Assembly (NCBI GenBank): GCA_963707985.1
Contig: CAVPRW010000007.1
Location: forward strand, 96,001-160,000
DNA length: 64,000 nucleotides
From: an uncultured Nitrospinota bacterium
GTDB lineage: Bacteria > Tectomicrobia > Entotheonellia > J063 > CAVPRW01
Direction of reading: 5' to 3'
The position numbers were made by a program, and so were the translations under genes. Position 1 is the stretch's first letter. The number at the start of each line of letters is the position of its first letter. The notes beneath the pieces are model-generated. The model saw only the letters and a program-made list of their open reading frames with translations, ran no database searches and had not been told where the DNA came from. This document shows positions 10,290-20,629 of this stretch, piece after piece.

Positions 10290-10868
10290 ATGAGTGCAAG
10301 TAATGCACACGAGGCTTGGGTAGCCCTCCCTTCGGACGATGAGTTTAGGGCAACGCTGAAGGGTCAGACTCACCCATACGAAACCTTTATGGGAGGTGTG
10401 GTTCCACACATGGGCCGTCTGATCATAGCCCATGACCTCATCGGTCAAGCCCTGGTCGCCCTGGGCAGCGTCGTGCTCTTCGGTCCCGGCACCCTGTCGC
10501 GTGCAGAGCGCGAAATGGTCGCCGCCGTTACGTCGGCAGCCCAGGATTGTGCGTACTGAACGCAGCATCACGCAGAGTTTCTGCGTCTCGAAGGGGGCAG
10601 TCCGGTGCTGACTCAGGCGATCAAGGAGGGTCGCTGGCGAGAAGTAGAAGGACTGACGGAGCGCCAGCGGGCACTGTGTACGGTAGCGGAAAAACTCAGT
10701 GCGACCCCGACTCGGATGACGCCAGAAGATTGGCAGCCGGTGCGGGCGCTTGGGTTTGACGACCGGGCCTGTCTGGAGGTGGCGCATCTCGTCGGGATGT
10801 TCAATTACTTCACCCGCTTAGCCGATGGGTTCGGTTTGCAACCGACAGAGGCTCAGTATTCCACCTAG
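10290..10868 (+). CDS. AhpD/carboxymuconolactone decarboxylase-like peroxidase, probable selenoprotein (CxxU; TGA 10557-10559)
   Basis: ORFs 10290-10559 and 10605-10868 are in frame across one TGA: LSRAEREMVAAVTSAAQDCAY-U-TQHH..FNYFTRLADGFG; hairpin just downstream of the TGA. Confidence 0.8.
10570..10586 (+). promoter_or_regulatory. candidate bacterial SECIS hairpin
   Basis: ACGCAGA-GTT-TCTGCGT perfect stem 10 nt after UGA, with G at the start of the apical loop. Confidence 0.6.
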
Positions 10869-10900
10869 CCATTTTTGGGCTAGGTGTAGTAGGACTCTGC

Positions 10901-11605
10901 CTCTCAAGAAACTGGAGAAGGAACTGGTTGATTCGGAACGAGTTGGAGATTCAATGCTCGGGCCTGGCGTTGGAGCCACTGGCAGTCGGCGAAATCGGTT
11001 TTGCGGCCGGGCCGGTGTTTGGCGTGGCGGGCGTTGACCAAGTGGACGGCAAAACCCCGCGCTGCCAGGATTTGGCAGAGGGGGATCCAGTACACCCCCG
11101 TGCGTTCCAGGACCACGGTATCGAGGTGGCAGGCTTGGAGCCAGTCGGCCAAGGCATGGAGGTCGGCCGTCAAGCGAGCACACCGGCGCACGGGCTCTGG
11201 CGAGCGATCCGGGGGGACGGCGACGTCGTGCTCGGCACTGCCCACGTCGATCCCGGCGGCATGGAGATGCAGCGGCGGCAGTCCAGCGGTCGGATCAAGG
11301 GGCCGTTGGGGTGTAGCATGTTTTTTGCGGGTGCTGGGCATCGTCGTCCTTTCGGTGTTGGTAGCGTGACGTGCAAGGGCGCGGTTCGGCCCGGGTGCGG
11401 ATCGGGATGAGCGTCTCTCAAACGGGGTCGAGGTCTTCATCACAGGCGGATGAAGCACCTGCCACCACACACGTAACCGCCAGGGCACCGGAGCCATGCG
11501 AACCAACGGGCATAGCAAGCCCCAAGGAAGCGTCGGCCTGAGCTTGTCGATCCGCGTCGACGTCCACGATGCCACAACGCACCCAAAGCCCCAAGTTTCT
11601 TCCAC
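10901..11605 (-). mobile_element. IS110-family element with internally deleted transposase (10904-11341) and retained non-coding end
   Basis: AAGIDVGS, LERTGVYW, LVNARHAK..PGRKTD..DCQWL fused directly to C-terminal RQARALNLQLVP; short subterminal IR AAGAAAC/GTTTCTT. Confidence 0.8.
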
Positions 11606-11633
11606 ACGTCACAGCACCGAAGGGTGTTGTGCA

Positions 11634-11732
11634 CGCTAACCAGGCCGTGCACGTGACCGCCGCCCGTGTGCGGATTCTGCTGAACGTGAAAGGACACGTC
11701 AGGGCGGCGGTGCGTGACGGCAGGCATTGGGC
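11634..11732 (+). repeat. degenerate integron attC site
   Basis: CGCTAAC..GACCGCCGCCC..CTGAACGTGAAAGG..GGGCGGCGG..ATTGGGC: about 100-bp imperfect palindrome with R'' box and mutated R' box. Confidence 0.55.
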
Positions 11733-12117
11733 GTCAAGAGTGCGGAACGTACACGTTCGACCCGTTCCGGACTTTCCGGTTGGCGCAGAGCGGACATTCA
11801 GTCTGTGGAAGCAGACGCCCGAATGCGTCAACGCGGACCTCACTGGCGCGCTGCTCACGGAGCGCCTGCGTGGGGCATGGGGACCGGGAGCAGGGTAGTG
11901 AAGTTGAGCCTGCCCACGGTCTGGGCGTACCAATCCTCTGCTCGAGGACGTCGGAGCGCACTGATAGCCGGGAGAGCTCTGATGGGTCGGCCGCGAACTT
12001 CAAGCGGCTCAATGGAGACGCAGCCACCCATAGATTCACGTGCCTGACACCCTCGTCTGTCGGCTGATTGACCCGTCGACTTCCTTAGTACTGGCGGCCA
12101 GAAATACGGTGACGTAT

Positions 12118-12188
12118 CGTGCGCGTACTCGTCATCGAAGAACCCATTCAAGGCGGCAGAACGATTACGAGTACGCGTACGAGCACGA
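12118..12188. repeat. palindromic (ACGAGYACG-type) repeat
   Basis: CGTGCGCGTACTCGTCATCG / CGATTACGAGTACGCGTACG arms, 18/20 complementary. Confidence 0.6.
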
Positions 12189-12292
12189 AGCGATACGTCG
12201 CCGAATTTATGCAACGGAGCACTTAGCGTAGCATCCTTTGCGCGCGGATTAGTTCATGGGACGGCGCATGAGGGCAGGAGGAGGAACGACCC

Positions 12293-13618
12293 ATGACGGC
12301 GGACTCTCGGCAGTCGGTTCGGGACCACATCTTCATCAGCTACCGCCGTGACGACGCGCGCGGCGCGAGCGGTCGACTTTACGACTGGCTGCGTATCGGC
12401 TTCGGGCGCGAACATGTGTTTCGCGACGTGCACAGCATCGGCGTCGGTAAGTGGCGCGACAAGATCGACGCCGCGTTGGCACGAAGCGCTGTCTGCGTGG
12501 CGGTCATCGGCCCGCGCTGGGCGAACGTCGACAACCTGCCCCGCCTCCAAGACGAAGGCGACATGGTGCGTCACGAGTTGGTCACGGCGCTCGGCAGCAA
12601 CGCAATCACGTTGGTGCCCACGTTGGTCGAAGGGCTCAAAGTCACGGACGTGCCGACGGAGAAGCTGCCATCGGAGCTGCGGCCGCTGTTCGCCGTGTGG
12701 AACGCTCGCGAAGTTACCGAGGACGGGTGGGAGGACGATACGCGCCGCCTCATTGCCGAGATTGCTGAGGCCAGCCGGCTGCCGGTGGGTCCCGACCTCG
12801 ACACCCTACTGCGCAACGCAGCCGCTGCGCAGCAGCGCGTGGTCGAACTCGAGCAGGCGCGCCATCTACAGTCCGACCACATCGACGCGCTGCGCCGAAC
12901 CGTCGAAGAGCTGAGGCGCAAGCTCGCGGACGCATCTGCCGGCGATCGTCCTGGCCTCGCCGCCGCGTTTGCTGCCTTGGCACAGGGCAACTCGCTCGTC
13001 GCCGAAGACGCCTTCGAGCGCGAATACGATGCGCAAAGCCGTACCGCCGAGGAGGCTCGCCAAACAATGGCGGAAGCCGCTCGCAACGTCGCCAACCTCG
13101 CGCTTCTTCACGATGTGGCCAAGGCGGTGTTCTTCTACGGTAAGGCGTTGGCCGCCGAGCCTGAACATGCCGAGACCGCCCGTCTGCTCGGCCATGCATT
13201 GATCCTACTCGGTGATCTGACCGGCGCGGAAGCAGCGTTGTCCCAGTCACTTCGCGTCGCAATCACGCAGGGGGACTCTTGGGGAGAAATGGCGGCGCAG
13301 CTCGGACTTGGCGATGTCTTTCAGAAGACGAAGGATCTCTCGGCCGCCAATCGTGCTTTCAGGGCGGCCCTCGGCCTTGCCGAGCAACGCCGGGCCACTG
13401 ATCCGGCCAACACCGAGTGGCAAACAGATGTCGCCGTGTCGTGCGCCAAGCTTGGCACACTCGATTACGGGCAGAGTATTGAGGCGCAGCACAATCACCT
13501 ACTGCACGGCAGAGAAATCTTGCTGAACCTCAAGTCTGCCGGGCGGTTGGCGGCGAATCAAGACTGGATTGGCTGGTTTGACGAGCAACTCGCCGAGCGG
13601 CCTTCGGGCCAGTCATGA
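12293..13618 (+). CDS. TIR domain + coiled coil + TPR protein
   Basis: IFISYRRDD, VFRDV, AVIGPRW, DMVRHEL (catalytic Glu position), TPR-like DPANTEWQTDVAVS. Confidence 0.85.
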   Translation: MTADSRQSVRDHIFISYRRDDARGASGRLYDWLRIGFGREHVFRDVHSIGVGKWRDKIDAALARSAVCVAVIGPRWANVDNLPRLQDEGDMVRHELVTALGSNAITLVPTLVEGLKVTDVPTEKLPSELRPLFAVWNAREVTEDGWEDDTRRLIAEIAEASRLPVGPDLDTLLRNAAAAQQRVVELEQARHLQSDHIDALRRTVEELRRKLADASAGDRPGLAAAFAALAQGNSLVAEDAFEREYDAQSRTAEEARQTMAEAARNVANLALLHDVAKAVFFYGKALAAEPEHAETARLLGHALILLGDLTGAEAALSQSLRVAITQGDSWGEMAAQLGLGDVFQKTKDLSAANRAFRAALGLAEQRRATDPANTEWQTDVAVSCAKLGTLDYGQSIEAQHNHLLHGREILLNLKSAGRLAANQDWIGWFDEQLAERPSGQS

Positions 13619-13794
13619 TGAAGGCGGTCACGTCGCGTCCAAGATCGCTGCCACTCTCTGAGTTCAGGTTCGTTCCTTTCCGAACCGAAAGCCGTGCACG
13701 CGTTGTCGCCGCGTTTGACGGCCGCTCATGACCCGGATTCGCGTGTTGAGAGTCCGCTATCGAGAACACTCTCTCTAGGCATTCGTTTCGTGCC

Positions 13795-14665
13795 TTATGA
13801 TGCAAGCGGGGCGCCGCGGCGCTTGTGGGTCGGCTCGGGCGGCAACTCATAGAGCTTGGCGCTGATTGGAAAATGCCCGACCCCATGGGCCGAAGCGGGA
13901 AATTGACGGACATAGTCCTTCGTGGCATAGCCACCATCGGCCAGGGTGCGGATTTGGCGTGTGGGTAACTGCTCGGCGATAAAATCGAGGATATCACGGG
14001 CCAACTGACTTCGAGAACGATACGGCACGTTGAGTTTTTGGGCTTGTGCAGGTTTGAGATAGAGTTCGAGGCCAACTGGCACGCTGAGGCGGTGGCCGGG
14101 CCAACATTTGAGGGGAATACGCATAATGCCCAGGACGAAGTTCAAGCCCCGAAGCGTCCGATATTCTTGCCTTGCTGAGCCCGCACCATTGCGGTAGCGG
14201 TCGAGCCCCTCAATATGGGTGCCAGCTTTTTTCTTGGTCGTATCGTCAAAGGCCACTCGAATGCCCTCGCTCTCGGGGACAAACCGGGAGGCTAGGCGGA
14301 TGACGGGACCCAGAGTTGCCATCGTCGGTCATCGAGGGGACAACCAAGGAACACATAGAATCGTGAAAAGTGCTTGGCCGTGGTGGCACCGGTGAGCCCG
14401 AGATACGTGGTGACGGTGTGGCGGTCACGGGCCAACGCCCAGCCGCAAGCCAAGTAGGTGAACGTTTGCCATGACGGAGTCGTCAAGATGCCTTGAAACA
14501 AGATCATGACAAAGAAGCCAAATGACGAGGCCAAAAAGGTGTCCACGGCACTATCCTCCAGAAAGCGTGTGTTGATGTCTGATGATACATTTTACCAAAT
14601 CGATGTTGCCGTGGCACTCTCATGGGCGGAGTCCCCTAGAGGGGGTGCAAAATCGCGAAACTAAT
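13795..14665 (-). mobile_element. IS701/IS4-like transposase remnant (frameshifted, 3'-truncated)
   Basis: FDDTTKKKAG, VPVGLELY, LADGGYA; split between ORFs 14292-14546 and 13795-14322. Confidence 0.75.
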
Positions 14666-14668
14666 GTC

Positions 14669-15889
14669 TAGTGCTCTGTCAATTTTAAAAATTAGGGTTC
14701 CCTCAATGGGTCCCATCAGCGAAACTGGGGAGAACCAAGGAGGGTTCCCATGGAAAAAAAGTATATGGTTCGCCTGACAGACGAGGAACGAGAAACGTTG
14801 CGCGGTGTGATGAAAAAGCTGAAGGGTTCGTCTCAGCAAGTGCGGCGAGCGCACATGCTCCTCAAGGCCGATGCCAATGGCCCCAACTGGACAGATAAAA
14901 AAATTGCGGAAGCCTTTTCGTGTCGGACGCAAACGGTGGAAAACGTCCGGCAACGCCTCGTGACCGTCGGCTTCGAGAGCGCTCTGCACGGCGAAAAACC
15001 TCAGACCCCGCCCCGCCAAAAACGGCTGGATGGCGAGCCAGAAGCGCAGGTCATGGCGTGGCGTCTGGGCAAGCCTCCCAAAGGGTTCGCCAATGGGTCG
15101 TTGCGGTTATTGGCCGAGCAGGTCGTGGAGCTGGCCATCGTCGACGCGGTCAGCCATGAGACGCTGAGAAAAACGCGAAAAAAATGGCATGACGCCGCGC
15201 AAGATGCAGTCCTGGGTCATCCCTCCGGACGCCAACGGCGAATTTGTCGCGTGCATGGAACACGTGTTGGAGACGTACGCTCCGCCTTATGACGCTCGGT
15301 TTCCGGTGGTGTGCATGGACGAACAACCGGTGCAATGGCTGAAGGAAACTCGCGTGCCCATCGCCGCCACCGCACCATGCGCGTGTCGACTATGAAGACG
15401 AACGCGCGGGCACGACCAGCGTGTTCATGGTTGCCGAGCCGCTTCAGGGATGGCGCCATGTGCGCGTTCGCGCGCAACGCACCAACGTGGATTGGGCCTT
15501 GGAGATGGAGGCCCTGCTGCGGACGCGTGACGCGGAGGCGCGAAAAGTGCTCGTGGTCTGCGACAACTTCAACACGCACACGATGGGCGCGTTTGACGAG
15601 GCCTTTGCCGCGGAGCGGGCCCGGAAGCTGGTCCGGCGGCTCGAATGTCGGTACACGCCCAAGCACGGCAGTGGGCTCAACATCGCGGAAAATGAACTGA
15701 GTGCGCTGACGCGTCAATGTTGGCACGACCGCCGGTTTGGCGACACCACGCAACTTGCCGAGGAAACCGCCGCGTGGTCAACGTCCAGTAACGCGACGCA
15801 GCGCGGGGTCGATTGGCAATTCAACATCAACGACGCACGCACCAAACTCAAGTCCCTCTACCCTAAAATTAAAGATTGACAGAGCACTA
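14669..15889 (+). mobile_element. IS630-family element, degenerate
   Basis: About 30-bp terminal IRs (TAGTGCTCTGTCAAT..AGGG) with TA at both ends; HTH ORF, A7 slippery site near 15178, VVCMDE/CDNFNTH/YTPKHGS.LNIAENE; extra frameshift near 15370. Confidence 0.9.
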
Positions 15890-15946
15890 GCCAGATTCTT
15901 CGTCTCACTCAGCATGATTGAGAGACGATTGCAGCGCGCGGGATAC

Positions 15947-16387
15947 CTACGCGGTGACCTCCTCCAACTTTCTGGAATACTGTCCTTCCCACGCCCGTCG
16001 GTATCCGCCGGGTTCCTCGTAGTACACTTCGAGTCCATTGCCGTCGGGGTCGTTGAAGTAGACACCTACCGAGTGGGTATTTTCCCTGGTCCGCAGGATT
16101 TCCACCCCTTTCGCCTTGAGGTGGCGATACATTGCCTGCAAATCCTCGAAGGTAGCCATCTGCCAGGCGAAGTGGTTCGTCCCCACCTGGCTGCTGTCCG
16201 GCCCACAGGCGTCTGGTCCTATGCCTCTGATGGCCAGCTCGTGGGAGTGCTCCCTAGCGCTCAAGAAAACGGTGCCTCCCCGCCGATGAGTCACTTGCAG
16301 ACCCAGCACCTCGGTGTAGAACTTCTCAGACCGTTCCGCATCCCTTACCCGAATGTTGGCGTGCCCTAACTGCATTGGTTTGACCAT
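15947..16387 (-). CDS. VOC (glyoxalase/catechol 2,3-dioxygenase-like) protein
   Basis: LGHANIRVRD..FYTEVLGL, NHFAW, YFNDPDGNGLEVY. Confidence 0.88.
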   Translation of the reverse strand: MVKPMQLGHANIRVRDAERSEKFYTEVLGLQVTHRRGGTVFLSAREHSHELAIRGIGPDACGPDSSQVGTNHFAWQMATFEDLQAMYRHLKAKGVEILRTRENTHSVGVYFNDPDGNGLEVYYEEPGGYRRAWEGQYSRKLEEVTA

Positions 16388-16418
16388 GTCCTGTGTCTCC
16401 TGTTTTGGCATGCCCCGA

Positions 16419-17390
16419 TTACGCCCACACGGCGGCGACCCTGAAGGCCAGCTGTGTGTGGGACTCCCGCACGTCCACGATCTCCGCTGGTTTGTCCCCA
16501 ATGATCCCCAGGGCAATGATCCAATTCAGGATCTCATGGTCTCCTGACAGCTGGATTTCCTCGGGTGTAAGCTCCGCCAGCTTGCTGCCTCTACCGCACC
16601 GCACCAGCTCCAGGTAGCGCCGGTCAGTGTCTATATCGATAGCGCAACACTGGAACTTATGGGCCAAGAAGCTATGGGACCAACTGGAGGAGGCCACTAC
16701 CACCACTCGCTCTTGCCGGGTGTCCAAGAACCGGCGAATACCACGGCCCAGCTCATAGCAGCGGCGAGGTGTAGGCCGAGGCGGATAATCGGGCCCAGCC
16801 TCCTCACCATAGCAATTGACGAAAAAGGGCAGCAGCGGAAATTGCCCTTCGGGGTCCAAAAATACCATCGGATTGATGTGGGCGTGGGCCAGGCCCCATT
16901 CCCAGCCACGTAGGGCGCTTGAGGAAGCCAGGTCGAACCCATCACGGATGAGGTAATTGCGTAGATCACAGGCGAACTCTTTGGGACAGCGGAAGGAGTA
17001 TTTGGCTTCCGGTGGCGCTCCCCACAGGTTGACCCGGGCCGCGGGGCGGTGGAAGGGATAGCCCTCGACTTTGTCTCCGGTATAGATGCAGAAGGGTGGG
17101 AGGTTGTCCTGCAGGAAATTCTCCGCCTGATCGTCGCCGATGATCAGCAGCACGTCGGGGCTCCATGCATGCAGCCGGTCATGTAATTCCTTGAAGGACT
17201 CAACAACCCGCTGCTGGTCATACTTATCCTGACTGAGCCCATTATCCTGCCCTAACTCTTCCAGTAACTGGGGTGGAGGCTGATAATTGGGTATACGGGT
17301 AAACACCCGCTCGCGGCCTTTGCTCCACGCCTCTGGGGGAGTCAAGATGATCGGTCCGTGCGAGCAGCCTAGTCCTAAAATCTCAGCCAT
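16419..17390 (-). CDS. LigB-like class III extradiol ring-cleavage dioxygenase
   Basis: GCSHGP, IGDDQAENF, LAHA, SSSWSH, SGDHEILNW. Confidence 0.85.
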   Translation of the reverse strand: MAEILGLGCSHGPIILTPPEAWSKGRERVFTRIPNYQPPPQLLEELGQDNGLSQDKYDQQRVVESFKELHDRLHAWSPDVLLIIGDDQAENFLQDNLPPFCIYTGDKVEGYPFHRPAARVNLWGAPPEAKYSFRCPKEFACDLRNYLIRDGFDLASSSALRGWEWGLAHAHINPMVFLDPEGQFPLLPFFVNCYGEEAGPDYPPRPTPRRCYELGRGIRRFLDTRQERVVVVASSSWSHSFLAHKFQCCAIDIDTDRRYLELVRCGRGSKLAELTPEEIQLSGDHEILNWIIALGIIGDKPAEIVDVRESHTQLAFRVAAVWA

Positions 17391-17463
17391 CTCTACCTCC
17401 TGCTATGCTGAGCTCCGAACCACTGTCATGTGTGAGCACTCACCCTCACGGTTGCCCCGCCCA

Positions 17464-17880
17464 TTATGGCTTGAAAAACGCAAAGCATTTACTCGAGTTG
17501 AAGATATACGTCTGGATCAGCTCCGTCGCATCCGGCCGCCGCCCCATCTCGGCCATCGCTCCGGCCAGACACATCCAATTCAGCACCTCCTGTTGTCCGC
17601 TCTCCTCAAGCGCGGCCAAGGGGGTCTTCCGCCAGGTGTCGTAGAGCTGTCTCGCCTTTCTGAACTGGGCTACCAAGCCCTCGCGATGCCGTCGAGCCGC
17701 ACTGAGCCCTTCATCCGCGCCATATTCCTGCCGCATACCTTCCGGCCAACTCTCTGGGTGTCGGTATTGGTCGGGCAATCCAGGGTCCTGGAGGATCCCC
17801 TTCAAGATGCCAGCCATGTATTCATCCCTGCCCGCCAGGGCCGGATAATGTGTCACTCCCAGGCCCAAGATCTCTCCCAT
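17464..17880 (-). pseudogene. LigB-like dioxygenase paralogue with large in-frame internal deletion
   Basis: N-terminus (GEILGLGVTHYP) joined to C-terminus (SGQQEVLNW); 138 aa versus 323 aa for the neighbouring paralogue; GDDQ and SSSWSH segments absent. Confidence 0.7.
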
Positions 17881-18032
17881 GGCGTGCCTCCTTCTCCGTC
17901 CTCTTACGGAATGCTGCCTACTTTAAGTTCAAGGGCAATGCCATGCCCACAAATCGCTCAGTCGACGCATTCGCCGCTCGAAGCCGGCAGAGGCTCCGGG
18001 CTCTCACCTATTTGGTTCCCTGGGTGGGATGC

Positions 18033-19196
18033 TTAAGCACGCCGAGCGAAGTAGACCTCGGTGGCTTGCTTCAGGCCTGATAAGCGGCCGGCCTGCATGG
18101 TTTCCCTCCTTTCACTGGCCCAGTTACGAGAGGCAATGAGGCCAGTCAAGGTCCCTTGGAAATGGGGCATGACGTAGCGCGCCAGCAACTCATAGCTACG
18201 GAGGACCTTTTCCCGTGGTGCCCAGTCCTGCACCATCACCATAAAACCCCCAAAGCCGCCACTGATCTCTTGCAGTCGTTCGATACCGCCGATGCAGTCA
18301 TCCGGGGTACCCACAATCCACTGGTTGTGTTCGACCATGAAATCGATAATCTGGCCGGAGGGGACGTTGGGCACCTCGTTCCCCAAAGTCTGGTCAAAAT
18401 ACTCGGTTAGCACGCGGGCACCACCGACGCGAATGTCCTCAAACGCTTCTTTACGGCTCTCAGCCAGGTGGCAGCCCACTACCAAATGCCAATCCTCTCG
18501 CCGCACAGTTTGATCGTGCTCCGCTGCTGCCTCTTCAGCGATGGACCAAAGCTCCTTCAAGCTAGTCTTCCTGACCGTATCTCGGGGCACGCTCAGGGAC
18601 AGGACGGACGCCCCGTGCTTGCCGGCGAGTCGGGGGCCGGCAGGCGATTGCGCCGAAGCGATGGCAATGGGCATGTGAGGCTGTTGATAGGGCCGAAGCT
18701 GAAGCATCGCCTCTCGCAACTCAAACCAGTCGCTCTTGTATGTGATGGGCTCCGACTCGGTGAACAGCCGGACAATGATCCCGAGCGATTCGTCCATCAT
18801 CTCCCGCTGACGTTGTGGGTCGATACCTAGCATATAGGCATCAGACGTTAGGGCGCCGGGCCCCACGCCCAAGATCACCCGACCTCGGGTGAGGTGGTCC
18901 AGAAGCACCATGCGGCTGGCCACCATGTATGGGTGGTGATAGGGTAAGCTGACAACCCCGGTGCCCAGCCGGAGGTAGTGGGTGCGTCCAGCGGCGGCAG
19001 CGATAAACACTTCTGGTGAGGCGATAGTCTCCCAGCCCGCGGTATGGTGCTCGCCAATGTAGGCTTCGTCGAAACCCAACACGTCCAGCCATTGTAGTAG
19101 TTCCAGGTCGCGTTCCAGGGCCAGCGTCGGATTTTCGCCCACGCGGTGGAAAGGTGCCAGGAAGACCCCAAATTTCATTCTGTTGGGCTGCATCAT
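18033..19196 (-). CDS. LLM class flavin-dependent monooxygenase
   Basis: FGVFLAPFH, IGEHHTAGWE, LDHLTRGRVILGVGPG, QLRPYQQPH. Confidence 0.9.
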   Translation of the reverse strand: MMQPNRMKFGVFLAPFHRVGENPTLALERDLELLQWLDVLGFDEAYIGEHHTAGWETIASPEVFIAAAAGRTHYLRLGTGVVSLPYHHPYMVASRMVLLDHLTRGRVILGVGPGALTSDAYMLGIDPQRQREMMDESLGIIVRLFTESEPITYKSDWFELREAMLQLRPYQQPHMPIAIASAQSPAGPRLAGKHGASVLSLSVPRDTVRKTSLKELWSIAEEAAAEHDQTVRREDWHLVVGCHLAESRKEAFEDIRVGGARVLTEYFDQTLGNEVPNVPSGQIIDFMVEHNQWIVGTPDDCIGGIERLQEISGGFGGFMVMVQDWAPREKVLRSYELLARYVMPHFQGTLTGLIASRNWASERRETMQAGRLSGLKQATEVYFARRA

Positions 19197-19476
19197 CGTT
19201 TGCTTCTCCCGTTAAGCACTGTTAACAGCCAGTCTCCCTGAGACCGCCGAAGGAATGAAACCCAACTTGGCTGGTCATTTCTCCCAGCTCTCTGGGAAAC
19301 GCTCCTTGCCAGCCTCTCTCACACCAGCGAGCGTTGGGGTCCTCCGTACCCAGTTCCTGAGCTGAACACCGGGCAGAGGGCTGAACGTATGCCCTGTGCT
19401 GCGACGCTCCCGTGGGCAAGCAGAGGTATAAGCCGGTGCACCCACGGGAGCGTCGTGCCGGAGCAGACCGCTGGCC

Positions 19477-20313
19477 TTATTTGGCGACCGCCTCGACCAT
19501 CGCCCGCGCCGTGGAATCCACGTCAGGGAGCTTTGCGGCAATCAAGCCTTCATCCAGAGCGGCGGCAATGGTGGGATAACCAGCCCGGTTGAGCATCGCC
19601 CGCAGTTTTCCAGTCTTAAACTGGTCCATGGTCCACCGAAAGGCATCGGGCACCAGGGTCGTGTCCCAGAAAATACGCTCGTTTTTGGCCCGTGGACCAT
19701 AATGGTAATGTGGATACGTGCGGAAACAATCGAACGCCAGCAGTTCGATTTCCTGGCCGGCGACATCACCCAACACATGGATAGCAATGCCCCCGTCCTG
19801 TCCCACAGTGCGCATTTCTAGGCCAAAGCGGATATTCCCCGCCTCGATGATCTCCGTCCCCCGGTTATGCGTGACGGTGTTGCGCGCCTTGAGAGCCATT
19901 TCACATGCCTTGGACTCCACTTCGGGGAGTTTCTGCATGAGCAGATCGGGGTCTATCTGTACCGCCAGCTCACCATAACCGGCACGTGCCAGCATGGCTG
20001 GCAACTTGCTCCGAAGCTGGCTCATGGTCCATCGCATCGGGTTGCCCACCATCGTCGGGTCCAGCATGATGCGTACGTTCTTCTTCACCGGTTCATAATG
20101 GTAGTGGGGGCGATTGTCGAAGCAGTCGAAGCGCAACAGCTCCGTCTCCTTGCCGTCCACATTGCCTACGACCTGGATGCACACACCCTGGTCCGCGTCA
20201 TTACCGCCTCTCCCTCCAGCCCCCTGACTATGGGGTGCCCCGCCGTCCAGAAGGCGGTAGTGCAACGCAAAGCAGATCGGTCCGCAGGCGATTTTGGTAT
20301 TGCCGATGTCCAT
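19477..20313 (-). CDS. hypothetical protein with two tandem homologous domains
   Basis: ELLRFDCFDNRPHYHY and ELLAFDCFRTYPHYHY repeated. Confidence 0.75.
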   Translation of the reverse strand: MDIGNTKIACGPICFALHYRLLDGGAPHSQGAGGRGGNDADQGVCIQVVGNVDGKETELLRFDCFDNRPHYHYEPVKKNVRIMLDPTMVGNPMRWTMSQLRSKLPAMLARAGYGELAVQIDPDLLMQKLPEVESKACEMALKARNTVTHNRGTEIIEAGNIRFGLEMRTVGQDGGIAIHVLGDVAGQEIELLAFDCFRTYPHYHYGPRAKNERIFWDTTLVPDAFRWTMDQFKTGKLRAMLNRAGYPTIAAALDEGLIAAKLPDVDSTARAMVEAVAK

Positions 20314-20537
20314 GATTAGCCTCCTCTACACAGCACTAGAAACTTGCTATCAGGAAGTGCAACACGACTCACACACAATTTTCCGTGGTTCTTCATCTGC
20401 GGCAAGTGACTGCGCCTATCCGGCCTATTGCCAACCACCTGAGCCTTGTGGCCTCCTCCGCCGTTATCTCCCCTGCAACCCACTGCGACGCAGACAACGG
20501 GACACTGGCGCACACCCTAAGCCTCTTCACTACTAAG

Positions 20538-20553
20538 GGCAATTTTGGTGCCG
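20538..20553 (-). promoter_or_regulatory. sigma-54 promoter
   Basis: CGGCACCAAAATTGCC (GG-N10-GC). Confidence 0.6.
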
Positions 20554-20629
20554 AAGCTCGGTGGGCACTGAATTCACGGTATTTGCTGCGATTGGAGATG
20601 ATCGGAGTTTGAGTACGGAATGATCGTCG

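Noticed and set aside
11710..12060. Group II intron 5' end (GTGCG)
   Set aside because: The motif lies inside the attC-like palindrome; no RT gene or domain V seen
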